64,000 bases of DNA, from NCBI GenBank assembly GCA_964016885.1, contig OZ024742.1:19220001-19284000 (forward strand), written 5' to 3'. This DNA is from Eledone cirrhosa. Its lineage: Eukaryota. The notes below the pieces were generated by a model that made no database searches, had not been told where the DNA came from, and was given only the letters and a program-made list of their open reading frames with translations. The position numbers and the translations under genes are program-made. Positions 1 through 12,159 of this stretch are shown here, piece after piece (the stretch's first letter is position 1; each line of letters opens with the position of its first letter).

Positions 1-2140
1 GCAACTCGGTGCAGTAACAGTTCCAGTCTGCTTTATTCCAGTCAAAGTGAGCAGTTTGGAGATGGTTGTGGTTCTTGTTACTGCCCATGATGGATAGATT
101 GGCAATGATCATAGCATGATCAGAGTCACCTAAAGGTTCCTCAGCAGTAACACTAATGACCGTTTCAGGAGTAGTGGTGAAGAGTAGGTCCAAAGTGTTG
201 TCACCTCTCGTTGGGGAGGTGACCACCTGGGACCAACTCGAGTCCAGCACCAGCTCAAGGAAGTCATTTGCACTTGGCGGCCAACGAAAGGTCTCCCAGT
301 CAATCTCAGGGTGATTGAAGTCACCTGCAATGAAAACATAAGTGGCTCTCTTCCTGGCAGCAGCTCTGAGGATATCACAAAGTTGAGTGTCCTGATGGTA
401 ATTTGGGGGACGGTAAACGACTCCAAGTAGCAGTGTTGACATGGTCATACGTATATCGCAGAAAAAAACTTCCTGCTGTGATTGGTTCAAATCAGCACAA
501 GGAATTGCCGACAGATTTGACCGAACGTAGACCATTACACCACCACCACGACGATTAATACGGTCTTTACGAAACAGGTTGTAGCCAGTCATGCTGAAAA
601 CCCCATCACAGAGTAAGGGATGTGCCCAAGTTTCCGTGACTGTAATGAAGTCCGGGTTGATACTTTTGACGTAGGAGTCAAAAAGATGAATCTTATTGCA
701 TAGACTACGTGCATTCAAGGACAACAGTTTGTACTTTGATTCCAGTCTATGATTATGTGCAGGGGATGGCAGGTTGTTCTGATTTAGTTTCCCAGAGTTT
801 TTTTCAGTTTCTTTATTGTCAGTTGTTGTGGGTACAGTGTTTTCAGACCAGCTGGTGTCTCTTTTCCATGATTCGCCACCCTTAACAAACTTCCATATCT
901 GCCCATCATCTCGTAGGCTGAAGCTTTCATGTTCTGCCGAGCTGCGGTTTAGGGAAGCTGCAGCACGCAACTTTGGGCGGACATCAGGTGGAAGACCAGG
1001 ACGTGTTCGGAAAGCAATCCGACTTTCACGCCTAGCTTTATCAGAGGCTACAAGGTATGAACGTGCCTCAGCCGAGTTTGAAAACGACAGTCTAATTAAC
1101 CTGGGTTTCGGGCCTGGTCGGCCAAGGCGTAGAGCACCCTTTGCGGGAGCACAGCCCAGGTCTTTGGATGAACTGGCAGCAAATGCCTGAAGATCAACTA
1201 TGTCTTCCGGCACACCAATGGCAATCACTTCGTGGTTTGCAGATTCAGTGGCATTCTCAATGCGTCTAGGTTCAACATGAGGTACGCGGAGATTTTTTAA
1301 CAAGGCACTCCGGTAAGATCCCTCATTGTGCGGTTCTACACGAACGCTTGATTTTATTTCCGCTATTTCTTGACTTAAAGCGGAAATCATTTGCCGTATT
1401 TCCACAAACTCCGTATTGACGGTCGGTTTTTGTTGTTGTTCTTCTCCTTCAACAGGCATGGTAGAAGACACAGTCGTCGGTTGTTGTTGTTGAAAAGTAA
1501 CGGGTGAGGAAGACATGGGTTGCTGTTGTTGATGAAGTCCTTCAACGGGGGTAGTAGCAGAAGCTACGGTCGTTGGTTTTTGCTGTTGTTCAGCGACAAT
1601 GGTAGAGGAAGACACGATCCTCGGTTTTTGTTGTTGTTCAGGAACAATGGTAGAAGACACGATCTTCGGTCTTTGTTGTTGTTCCGCAGCAATGGGAGAA
1701 GCAGGCATACAGTCCAGGCACTGAAAGGACCAGTTTGTTAGCTGGACCATCTCCCAGAGTCTATCCATCGTAGCAATGTGATGTTTCTTATTTTGGCCTG
1801 GGATCTTCCGGAAGCCTGTGGCGCATTGAAGGCAGACAGAGATGCGACAGGTTCCACATTCGACCCAACGATTACGGAACGAGTTTTCGGGTTCCGTACA
1901 GATATGGCAGGTGTGATCTTCCGAGCAATGTTCTATTTTTGGACATCGACCAGTTTTGTCGCAAATTTCATCGATGGATATCACCATGGCAATTTTGTTA
2001 TTTCTACCCATCCGTAGAAAAACACAGAATGTAAACAATATAGGTTTAGCGCACTTGATTACGATAGAAATAAAATGTCTGTTTTTTTTGTGTATTTTGT
2101 TTCCGTTTTCCTAAATGTTGTGTGTGTGTAGAAGAGTCTG
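1..2140 (-). mobile_element. CR1/L2-type non-LTR retrotransposon, 5' portion (5'UTR, ORF1, start of ORF2); continues beyond the window start
   Basis: Manual translation of the minus strand gives a PHD-like ORF1 followed by an AP endonuclease. The 5' boundary is approximate. Confidence 0.85.
2..2011 (-). CDS. LINE polyprotein, partial: PHD-like finger + ORF1 RRM-like region + APE endonuclease in one frame, open to the window edge
   Basis: ATG at 2011: MGRNNK...CHIC...ECGTC...CLQC...WSFQCLDC; Q-rich repeats; VIAIGVPE; RLGRPGPKPRLIRLSF; then LLSLNARSL, ITVTETW, FRKDRINRRGGGV, GVVYRPP, AGDFNHP, TRGDNTLDLLF, DSDHAMI. I found no stop codon down to base 2, which explains its absence from the ORF track. 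Confidence 0.88.
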   Translation of the reverse strand, partial: MGRNNKIAMVISIDEICDKTGRCPKIEHCSEDHTCHICTEPENSFRNRWVECGTCRISVCLQCATGFRKIPGQNKKHHIATMDRLWEMVQLTNWSFQCLDCMPASPIAAEQQQRPKIVSSTIVPEQQQKPRIVSSSTIVAEQQQKPTTVASATTPVEGLHQQQQPMSSSPVTFQQQQPTTVSSTMPVEGEEQQQKPTVNTEFVEIRQMISALSQEIAEIKSSVRVEPHNEGSYRSALLKNLRVPHVEPRRIENATESANHEVIAIGVPEDIVDLQAFAASSSKDLGCAPAKGALRLGRPGPKPRLIRLSFSNSAEARSYLVASDKARRESRIAFRTRPGLPPDVRPKLRAAASLNRSSAEHESFSLRDDGQIWKFVKGGESWKRDTSWSENTVPTTTDNKETEKNSGKLNQNNLPSPAHNHRLESKYKLLSLNARSLCNKIHLFDSYVKSINPDFITVTETWAHPLLCDGVFSMTGYNLFRKDRINRRGGGVMVYVRSNLSAIPCADLNQSQQEVFFCDIRMTMSTLLLGVVYRPPNYHQDTQLCDILRAAARKRATYVFIAGDFNHPEIDWETFRWPPSANDFLELVLDSSWSQVVTSPTRGDNTLDLLFTTTPETVISVTAEEPLGDSDHAMIIANLSIMGSNKNHNHLQTAHFDWNKADWNCYCTEL

Positions 2141-2721
2141 TGCATGTAAACAAATAAATATTTACCTGCACAATAGCCTGAGGGTCTATTTTACAGGGAG
2201 CAATAACATAAGCTTAAAAAGCATGTTTTTCTATTGTACCGAGACCGGTAAAATAGCCTATTCTAATAAAAGAAGGAACAAATATATAGAAAACCAATGT
2301 ATACCGAGTACTGTATGTCTGATGAGTGACTGGCGACGACATTTCAGTTCGAGTCATCCTTCACTTTGCCCAAATAAAATTATATAACGAATATCGTTTT
2401 TTAAAACAGCACATGCACATTTACTATAGAAATAGATGTACGAGGTACACTCTCTTTTAATTGACCTACGTAACTGTCACTCTAATACATCCTTGATATG
2501 GTTATAATAAGCTAACATGCCAAATCTTTATTTTCCAGGTTGATGGTTTGGGTCGCTACAGCACTTTAAACACAGAACATAAAGGAGAATTTTGCTGAAA
2601 TATATTGAACAGTTTTAATTTTAAAGTAAGATATTTTATATGGAATAATATTTTCTACTACGGTCGGAATATTAACAATTCATTCCTAACAGTTTCTTTG
2701 TTCTGTTTCTTTCACCATTAA

Positions 2722-3305
2722 GGGTCGGACGCCATGCTTTCCAGCATAGTTACGTCCCTTTACGATCTGAGTTCAAATCCCGGGGTCGATAAAATAAAGT
2801 ACCAGTAATGTACTGGGTAATTGCTGGCCTTGTGCCAAAGGTAGAAACAATTATTAATACATGATTATTATTGTGAATGAACCGGGGTGATTAACCCATT
2901 ATTATTCTATTTTGAATTATAATGTTTTCTAACATTATCATAAGGCCAGAAATTTGGGGGAAGGGGAAAGTTAAATATAATGACCCAGTACTTAACTGGT
3001 ACTTTATTTTATCGACCCCGGGAGAAAGTCGTAACTAAATACTGCAAAGCATTTTGTCCGATTTTCTACCGATACTGCCAATCCAGCACCGTTCTATTTT
3101 AAGCAATAATGGTTTCTGATTTAGGCAGACCAACAATTTTGGGGGTGGAGAAAGTTGATTAAATCGTGTTACTCTTACTTTATTTATCGACTCCGTTAAA
3201 GATGAAAGGCAAAGTTAACCTCGACGGGATTTGAAATCAGAACGCAAACGGTCGTAATTTTATGCCGTGAAGGATGATGATCGACGTTCTACCGGCACTG
3301 CCATA
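2722..3305. mobile_element. Cluster of three tRNA-derived SINE copies (one +, two -)
   Basis: B-box GAGTTCAAATCCC, core GCCTTTCATCC..GGGGTCGATAAAATAAAGTACCAG, tail GGCCTTGTGCC..AGAAAC(ATT)n. Near-duplicated target ttctatttt..aataatg at about 2906 and 3092. Confidence 0.8.
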
Positions 3306-3459
3306 ATATTAGTAAAAGTTGTTTACGCTGGATGGACTTAACGCTGACAATATAACACAGACTAAAATTCATTGTCAGCATTATTGTTCACCCCTTTGTC
3401 AAATTAATTACGTACCAATTGTTGTTTAGCAAATTATCGGCCTTGGTATGACAAATTTA

Positions 3460-3715
3460 CAACCTATAATCTACTAGGAAAGAATCGTTAGACAGATTTT
3501 ATGGGCAAATCCAACCAGCAAGAGACCCAGGTGTAGACTCCGAGCAAGATAGTTGGATAACATCCAGGAGGTTAGGTGGTCTCGCTTGGGGATTCAGCCG
3601 GATGAGTTGGAGACGGTTGCTTCTGACAGGACCCGCTGGAAGGAGTGTTCGAGGACTCCTCGTCACCCACGACCTTCTCAGGAATAAATGGGTGAAGAAG
3701 AAGATGAAGTCTACT
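3460..3715 (+). mobile_element. RTE-clade LINE 3' fragment, degenerate
   Basis: Homologous to 11795-12020 (..GGATTCAGCCGGATGAGTTGGAGACGGTTGCTTCTGACAGGACCC..); GAA-rich tail. Confidence 0.7.
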
Positions 3716-5254
3716 AGTATTCCGTCTAATTTTTGGTTCAATGTATTCTGAACTATATAAACTATATAAACTGTTGGGTGTAATTTGACTAAGAATTATT
3801 TGTAGTATGCCAAGCAACCAAATAGAAGCTTTTTCCTTGACTTGTATATCAAGCATATACACTGTCGTAAATGTGTTCCTCTCTACTGAAGCTTGTAACA
3901 TTCCTATTGATATTTTATTTTCTAGCTTACCTTAATATATGGCAAACTTATATGTTTATCCCTTCTTTAATTTAAGGCGTAAGTCCTCACGCCAGAATTC
4001 TGAAGTCTCCTGTTATGCTTCTATAACTGAACCGCCATACAATTGTTATATTTATAATATTCCACAATAAAAGGAAATTAAGGATATATCTATACATTCA
4101 AAAAGGTTTTAATGAATTCATTATTAACGCTGCGTAAGTCTATCATATAAACTTATGAATTAAACATTACTAAACATTAGTTGACAACCATGGAAAAATT
4201 AAAAGCCATAATTATATCATAAGTGTGCAGGAAAGTATTTCAGAGATTACAACAAGAAAACTACCTAAATACGTAACAAAGAGTTCTGGTCGGAAGGTAT
4301 TCAGAAAAAAAGTGGGCCAAAGTTGATTTTAACAAAAGACATCTTATCTTTTGTGTCATAGATCTAGGACAAAGACCTCCTATTAACAAGAAGCCTTTTA
4401 GGAGTTAGTTAATTAATAATCGTACTCTCGGGTCCCAAATAGGGTTTGGTGGCTGGAGAAAGTGGGGCGGGAGGGATCGATGATTTTTCTAGGTTGTCAC
4501 TCTTGATTTTTTTAAAACCAGAATTAGTTGTTTAATTTCCATATTGGGATCCCAACCCATCCTATTTATTTTATAACGTATGAGATTTCTAGTAGTGTAT
4601 CTTTTGTCATGTATAATGTTTTTATTTATGTCAAAATTAATTGTTGCAGGAATGATATAACATTTCGCCGGAGATCAGCAAAAGTTAATAAGCGCGAGGG
4701 GTGGATAAGAGTGTGGGAGGGATCTGAAAAATTAATAGGCGGTGGGGAGGGGTGATTATTTGAGATCCGAGAGTAGATATACGATGTGTGTTGGGTGATA
4801 TTTGACAGAAAAGACTCACTGCTGAACATAGACTTAATGATTCTAAATAGCTTTTGAAATTATAGTGAAGAGAGACACAGAATTTTGCAAAGCAAAAATC
4901 AAAAGAGTAAAATAATTACATTTAGAAATGCATCCGTGAGTTTTATATCGAAATATAATATACGATTCGTCGTTAGAACAAAAGGATGGTGATGGTCATC
5001 AAAATGTCTTTGGGTATTTGTTCTAGCTTTCTCCGTTCTTGGTTCAAATCCAGCTGAAAGTAATTTCACCTTTCATCCTTATGTAGTAGATAAAATAAAG
5101 TTCCAGTCCAGGGTGTTGCATTACTTAACCATTTACACGTTAATTTATCGATTAGAACATTCTTCTGATCGAACTAAATACCCACCGCCTAAACCAATTT
5201 ATTTTCTGAATTTATATATCATAATATATATATTTTTTTTAATCGTATTCTATA

Positions 5255-5652
5255 AGGCCAAGCAACATGGCCATCTTCCCGTTCCGTAATGGTAAATCGC
5301 TTATCTGGAATGCCACAAGCAGCGGCACATTCTCCATCGACAACCTGGTGTAGTCTACGACAAATCCAGGCTCTGCTGCACTTCGGGTTGAGGAGGGTAA
5401 ACTCTCCAAATAACGGTCGCTCTCCGACAAGTTTGCAATCGAGCCAATAGCAGTGGAGGCGCCTGCTGTCCTTGGCCCTAGGATCACATCCCTACTCACC
5501 ACCATCGCCGCGGAGTTGGCTACCCAGAGGTGTGGGCCTCTCGAGCTGGAATTGCTCTTCCAACGCGTCTCTCTCGCCATCATCCGAGGAAACGCCTTCT
5601 CTATTCTGTCGGCCGCAGGGCAGCCAGCGCGTGGGCTCCCATTTGCTTATAA
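5255..5652 (+). pseudogene. CRE-clade non-LTR retrotransposon C-terminal restriction-like endonuclease fragment
   Basis: RPSNMAIFPFRNGKSLIWNAT..GSAALRVEEGK..K*..EPIAVEAPAVLG..LFQRVSLAIIRGNAFSIL, the typical CRE REL C-terminus, with two in-frame stops. Confidence 0.75.
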
Positions 5653-5822
5653 TAATTGTTTCTACTTTCGGCACAAGGCCACCAATTACCCAGTGCATCA
5701 CTGGTACTTTATTTTATCGACCCCGTAAGGATGAAAGGCAAAGTTAACCTCGACGGGATTTGAACTCAGACCATAAAGGGCCGTAACTCTTTGCTGCAAA
5801 GCATGGCGTCCTATCCTCTACA
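5650..5822 (-). mobile_element. SINE copy abutting the CRE 3' tail
   Basis: Reverse complement of the SINE core and tail; head is deleted. Confidence 0.8.
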
Positions 5823-6031
5823 TGGAGAGAGCTGGAGACACGTAGGCAGTGACAGTGAGAGTTTGGTTCCATTGTGTTCGGACCTGGTTTATATATATTT
5901 ATTTACCGCACCACATTTATACTTCATTCTATAACTGTTTGAGTAAAAAGTGAATTCTTTAAAAGTGATTGATGTCTTTAATAACTTATCTTTTGGTCGA
6001 AGTATATTCGAAGTTTATGTTTGACTAACAT

Positions 6032-6264
6032 TACAAGATTCTATATTTCAATTGCTCTATAATTTAATTACACAAACAAATTTCACGCCATAATTGTTTC
6101 TACTTTTGGAATAAGACCAGCAATTATCCCAGTGCATTACTAAAATGAAGTACCAGTAATGCACTGGGATAATTACTGGCCTTGTGCCAATAGTAGACAA
6201 CATTATAGCGTGAAATGTGTTTGTGTAATTAAATTATAGAGCAATTGAAATATAGAATCTTGTA
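6032..6264. repeat. Inverted repeat with arms of about 110 bp containing a SINE tail plus flank
   Basis: tacaagattctatatttcaattgctctataatttaattacacaaac... is mirrored by ...gtttgtgtaattaaattatagagcaattgaaatatagaatcttgta; spacer about 6142-6154. Confidence 0.85.
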
Positions 6265-6489
6265 TGAGCAAATATATAATTTCCATCGTTATATAGTTCG
6301 AATAGGCTACTTTGCCTGTCGCGGTAAAATAGACAAACTTGCTTTTTAAGTTTATTTTACCGGTCCCGGTAAATATAAACAATGTTTGTATTGGGTCTGG
6401 GTTAGGGTTAAAATTGTCTTAATAATTGGTGATGAAAATAAATAAGCTTCTGTGTTAAATCTGTGTTGTTTTAACATTACCTCCCTTCA

Positions 6490-6695
6490 TAATAATTGTT
6501 TCTGATTTAGGCACAAGGACAACAATTTTTGGAGAGACCTAAGTCGATTAAATTGACTCCAGTACATTACTGGTGCTTTATTTTATCGACTCCGTAGGGA
6601 TGAAAGGAAAAGCTAACCTCGGCGAGACTTGAACTCAGACCGTAAAGGGCCGCAACTCTATACTGAAAAGCATGGTGTCTGACACTCTTACTGGC
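6490..6695 (-). mobile_element. SINE copy
   Basis: Same SINE core, B-box and tail on the minus strand. Confidence 0.8.
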
Positions 6696-8130
6696 AAAAT
6701 AGCCTCTTCCTATTTAGTTTGAAAAAGGTTGCTTTCAAGTGTCCTTAACTATGATATCCCTGTCGCCCTACTTTAGATAGTATCGATTTTCATCCATCAA
6801 CTCCTACAACCTCTGACATTAACAAGGTTATCCTCTCTAACTTTGTTCAGGTTAAAACTATATTTGTATTTAAAAGAATACATGAAAAGGCATGTGTTTG
6901 TTCATAGCATATTTAGCGTCGTCGTTTATGTACAGTCAAAGCATTAAGACTATTATCACCAGCGCTGAACCTTCCATAAACACCCTTGTCAACACAACTT
7001 CTATTCATCTAGAGCGGTAAGTATTTATTTTGATACGAAACCTCAACTAACGTATTCTGGTTTTCGTTTTTTCGTATATATATATATTCACTACCCACGC
7101 CTCCTTATCTTATAGAAAACGGTACAAAGAGTATAAAACTATCGATAAAGGTTCTCATAGCAAACAATTCTCACTGAGTACTCGTCTATCTAAAGTGCAC
7201 TGGCGACCAATCATTGTTGTTATAGCAACAACGACCATTACGGCCCAGTATTTGTGTCTATTTGTTTTAATCACACATGAAAAACATCCCCCGGCTGTGA
7301 GTTTTCAACAGAATTCTTTTCTTTTCTTATTCTTTCATTAATATATATTTTATGTGGTTTTTTCTATATTTATTTGTTAGTTTATTCTTGGCCTTGTTTC
7401 TTTCCTTTTATAAATGGGTTCCGTTTGAGCACCAAATTTTTGACCTCGTCTAAAACAACATTTGAACTCTCCAGGAATGTATTTGTTATCCAACAAACGG
7501 CTTTTGTAAACATTTCTCACACAACCGTTTCTTGAAGGTCTCTATATGGAAAGGGACCACTTTCCGGTTATTACTAGCATGGAGTCTATTTTCACTTTGT
7601 GGATACAAACTATTGTTTATATATATATATATATATACACCTAGACGCGCAGATATAGCAAAGGGACAAGAAGAATATAAATAGATATGCAACACATATA
7701 AGTAATTTATATGTATATTATGTATGCTAGACATATATGTTTAAATAATTATCTGTCGCGTTCCCTTCTTCTTCTTCTTCTTCTTCTTCTCACTCTCGTT
7801 TCTCTTTCACTCGCACGCACACACACACACACACGCGCTATGTTTTTTTTTGTGTGTGTGATATGGCTATATTTATAACTGCATATATATGTTTAGGTAC
7901 ACGTTTTATGTAAAACGTGTACCTCTGTAAGATCAGTGTTAGTATTTGTGTTTAAATTGTGTCAATAATTGGAAATGTGTTTCCCCCACCCAACCTTCTT
8001 TGATGAACTGCTGGATGAAGTCTCGGCAACTACGTGGGATTTAGACCAACCTGTAGATTTGCTATATCGAAGCAATCAACATTCGATATAATTAATTAGG
8101 GATATCTGAGTAATCACCATTCAATTTTTT

Positions 8131-8347
8131 AGTGGAGACCTCTGGTGTACTTGGCCCTAGGATCACCTCCCTACTCACAACCACAATCGCCACGGAGTTG
8201 GCTAGCCACAAGTGTGACCTTCGCGAGTTGGAATGGCTCTTCCAATACGTCACCCTCGCCAACCTCTGAGGAAACGCCTTCTCGATTCTGTCCACCTTGG
8301 CGGCAGGGTGGTCAGCGCCTGGGCTCCCACTTGCTTATAATAGTGAG
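8131..8347 (+). pseudogene. CRE-clade LINE 3' fragment without a SINE insertion
   Basis: Homologous to 5452-5652 (GTGGAGACCTCTGGTGTACTTGGCCCTAGGATCACC...GAGGAAACGCCTTCTC...GGGCTCCCACTTGCTTATAATAGTGAG). Confidence 0.75.
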
Positions 8348-8351
8348 ATAC

Positions 8352-8910
8352 CTTAGCCTTCACAACCATAGCCACCATACCTTAGCCACCACCACCATAG
8401 CCACCATATCATAGCCTTCACAACCACCACCACTATCATCCCCATTGCTATCACCACAACCACTAGCACCATCACAATCACCCTATTTGGCACCACCATA
8501 GCCATCACAACCACCACCACCATCATCATCACCATCACTATAGCTATCACCATCACAGCCATTACCACAACAATCACCATCATCACTATAGCCATGACAA
8601 TTACCCCCAAAGGCACCACCATAGTCATCACAATCACCATCACCGTCATCAGCATCACCTCCAAAGGCACCACCATCACCATCCCAGCCACTACCATCAC
8701 CACGATTACCATCATCACCATTGCCATCACCATCACAGCCACTACCACCACCACCACCATCATCACTCTATCTGCACCACCGTAGCCATCACCATCACAA
8801 CCACTACCACCACCACAACTATCATCACTCTATCCGCACCACCGTAGCCATCACCATCACAGCCACTACCACCACCACCACCACTACCACCACCACCACC
8901 ACCATCACTC
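8352..8910. repeat. Degenerate (CAC/CAT/ACC)n trinucleotide tract
   Basis: Direct reading; source of the His/Thr/Met-Val low-complexity ORFs. Confidence 0.9.
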
Positions 8911-9295
8911 CAGTGTCCCAAGACATACGGTATAAGAAACAGCCCCTACCCAGAGCTAATCTACTGTATAAAAAAAAAAAAAAGATTGTCGTCTTTTAAT
9001 GTAGACGACGTCAATTGTAAGTTTAGAACAAACATCAAGAAATTATCTCTTTAAAAGATCTAAACCGTAGATACAGTTGTATTAAAGGGCTGCTAAAGAC
9101 ACAACAGTATCCCTGGCCCCTACCCTACCTCGTTTATGTTTATCTTCGGCTGTTATATGGGCCGGTTCCTTTAGGGCACATGATATATCAATTAATTATA
9201 TATCCGATTTCTTAGCATTATTAGCTGAAATAATTACTTACTAAATTACTGCCACTATTCTAAACGTCAAACTGCCCTGCTCAGCAGGCGGCAAT

Positions 9296-10163
9296 TACTA
9301 CATCTACAGAACCACTACAGCAGGATACTACATCTACAGAACCACTACAGCAGGATACTACATCTACAGAACCGCTACAGCAGGATACTACATCTACAGA
9401 ACCACTACAGCAGGATACTACATCTACAGAACCACTACAGCAGGATACTACATCTACAGAACCACTACAGCAGGATACTACATCTACAGAACCACTACAG
9501 CAGGATACTACATCTACAGAACCACTACAGCAGGATACTACATCTACAGAACCACTACAGCAGGATACTACATCTACAGAACCGCTACAGCAGGATACTA
9601 CATCTACAGAACCACTACAGCAGGATACTACATCTACAGAACCACTACAGCAGGATACTACATCTACAGAACCGCTACAGCAGGATACTACATCTACAGA
9701 ACCACTACAGCAGGATACTACATCTACAGAACCACTACAGCAGGATACTACATCTACAGAACCGCTACAGCAGGATACTACATCTACAGAACCGCTACAG
9801 CAGGATACTACATCTACAGAACCGCTACAGCAGGATACTACATCTACAGAACCACTACAGCAGGATACTACATCTACAGAACCGCTACAGCAGGATACTA
9901 CATCTACAGAACCGCTACAGCAGGATACTACATCTACAGAACCACTACAGCAGGATACTACATCTACAGAACCACTACAGCAGGATACTACATCTACAGA
10001 ACCACTACAGCAGGATACTACATCTACAGAACCGCTACAGCAGGATACTACATCTACAGAACCGCTACAGCAGGATACTACATCTACAGAACCACTACAG
10101 CAGGATACTACATCTACAGAACCACTACAGCAGGATACTACATCTACAGAACCACTACAGCAG
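9296..10163. repeat. 30-bp minisatellite, about 29 copies of TACTACATCTACAGAACCRCTACAGCAGGA
   Basis: Perfect tandem units with a single A/G variable position. Confidence 0.97.
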
Positions 10164-11181
10164 TACTAATGCAGGATTGTTTATATTCTTATTAGTTTTT
10201 GATAGGCTACACACAAATACAATTTTTGAGATTAGGTAACCCATACAGTTTTATAACCTATTATGCTATACATAAATACAATTTTATAACGTATAAGGGA
10301 TTAGTTAAAGTATCTTTTAAGGCTCATGAAGCCTGTACTTATCCCCGGTTTCCCTGGCGTTACGTGACTGAGAATACACGACTCTCTCTGGACAGGACAC
10401 TGGTCTATCAGGCCGGTACTTGCCCCCGGTTTCCCTGGCGTTAAGTGACTCTGAGAATACTAGTACAAGACTCACCCTGAAGATGACACCGGTCTGTCGC
10501 AGGTTTAACTCCCAGCTAGTGCTGGTACTCATTCTCAGCTAAGTGTAATGTAGCAATTGATGTATCATAGTTTATGCCTGAAGACAAAACCTTAAATTTC
10601 AGTATAACGAAATGGCCCAAGCCACTGGAAAAACCTTGAGACGTTTCATCTTTTTACAATCGTTCGATGTTTTATAATGAGAAGTTAAAAAGAAGTCATA
10701 CAATCTGGGCTCAAATTCTATCGAGGTCAACTTTGTCTTTTATTGTTTCGGGGCTCGATAAATAAAATACTTGTCCACAATACTGGGGTCGATTTCTCTC
10801 TTCTCTGTCTAGGTGAAGACCATCCTACGACTCTATCAGAAGTCCATTTATCCATCCATACAAACACCTTATAAAATTATATGTTTCTGTAGCTTGATAG
10901 CTTATAAAATTGTGTGTGTTGTCTATGAGTGGGGATGAAATGAAAATGATATATCGTAAAACAAAATCTCAGTATAATTCATTAGACTTGGTGTATAAAG
11001 ACCGCATATGACATCAGAATGGGAACCTTCCCATTGGTGGAACTGTTAACGACACAAACAAGGGCAAGGAAAGATATAAGAAAAAATGTTTTATCTACAA
11101 ACAATTTTTGTATGCTTATTTTCATGAGTGTGTTTGGAATGTAAAAATAGGACATTAAATGTCTACAATCGAGTGTACGTA

Positions 11182-11226
<45 letters not shown>

Positions 11227-11559
11227 TAAAAGTGTACAAAAAAATGCATTAAATTGTGTGTGTGAGTTCTTGCAAAACCCATTGCCATGTTTAACAGGTT
11301 GAATATTACAAGATGATATTTTTGACACTCGCTAGCAACTAACATTTGCTTGCAACATCAGCTGACGAGTGTAAGCATTGGGCTTGTACTACGATCAAGT
11401 GACTTTTGAAATACGACACATCCACCACCAGTTTGTCACAAGACATGTTATCACTCTTTACAATATTAACTAAAATTATGAATTTGTAATGGGTGCATCC
11501 CAAGGCAAATGATCACAACAATAGTGGATCACAAGAGATAGTAATTGAAAAAATCGGGT

Positions 11560-12050
11560 TAATTGATATTCGTGCCAACTCTTACCCGTGTTCGTGAATC
11601 TTGAGTAATAATCGAAAGAATATGATCACAAATACAAGCGGCCGAAATGAGATTCCTCCGAAGGGGTTTTAGAATAACGTTGCTTGATAGTGTACATATC
11701 TCGGACATCAGAGAAACGCTCCAGGTAGAGCCACTACTTCTCCAAATTGAGAGATCACAGCTCCGATACTATAGGCATATGGTTAGAATGTCTCAAGAAA
11801 GAATTGCTGGACAGATTTTACAGGCAAAACCAACCGGCAGGAGACCCAAGAGTAGACCCCGAGCAGGATGGTTACATAACATCCATGAGCTTGTCTGGTT
11901 TCGCTTGGGGATCCAGCCGGATCAGTTGGAGATGGTTGCTTCTGACAGGACCCACTGGAAGCGTTTTGAGGAATCTGTCCCCACGACCTTCTCAGGAATA
12001 AGTAGCCAAAGAAGGGTAAAAAATCCCTGGAGACGGACAAAGTAGAGAGG
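11560..12050 (+). pseudogene. RTE-clade LINE 3' end (C-terminal domain)
   Basis: IQAAEMRFLRR...LRYYRHMVRMSQERIAGQIL..PTGRRPKSRPRAGW (ORF 11647-12045), the typical RTE C-terminus. Confidence 0.85.
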
Positions 12051-12159
12051 GTACATTAACCACTATTATAAAGAACCAATGGGCACCAGATCCCTCTTCC
12101 TAGTGGATTTTAAGCCAGTAAATAGAACTATGAAGAAACCTATTTGTTAGTACTTTGTG

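Noticed and set aside
130-2017. Tracked ORFs 130-426, 816-1190, 1520-1741 and 1778-2017
   Set aside because: Alternative-frame or antisense shadows of the real LINE ORF at 2011 to <1.
6398-6412. GGTTAGGGTTA telomere-like motif
   Set aside because: Fewer than two units, embedded in an interspersed repeat.
8353-8999. Met/Val-, Thr/Ile- and His-rich ORFs
   Set aside because: Products of a degenerate trinucleotide repeat, with no domain or splice support.
9296-10163. CRISPR-like array of 30-bp repeats
   Set aside because: The units are directly adjacent with no spacers, in a eukaryotic context with no cas genes.
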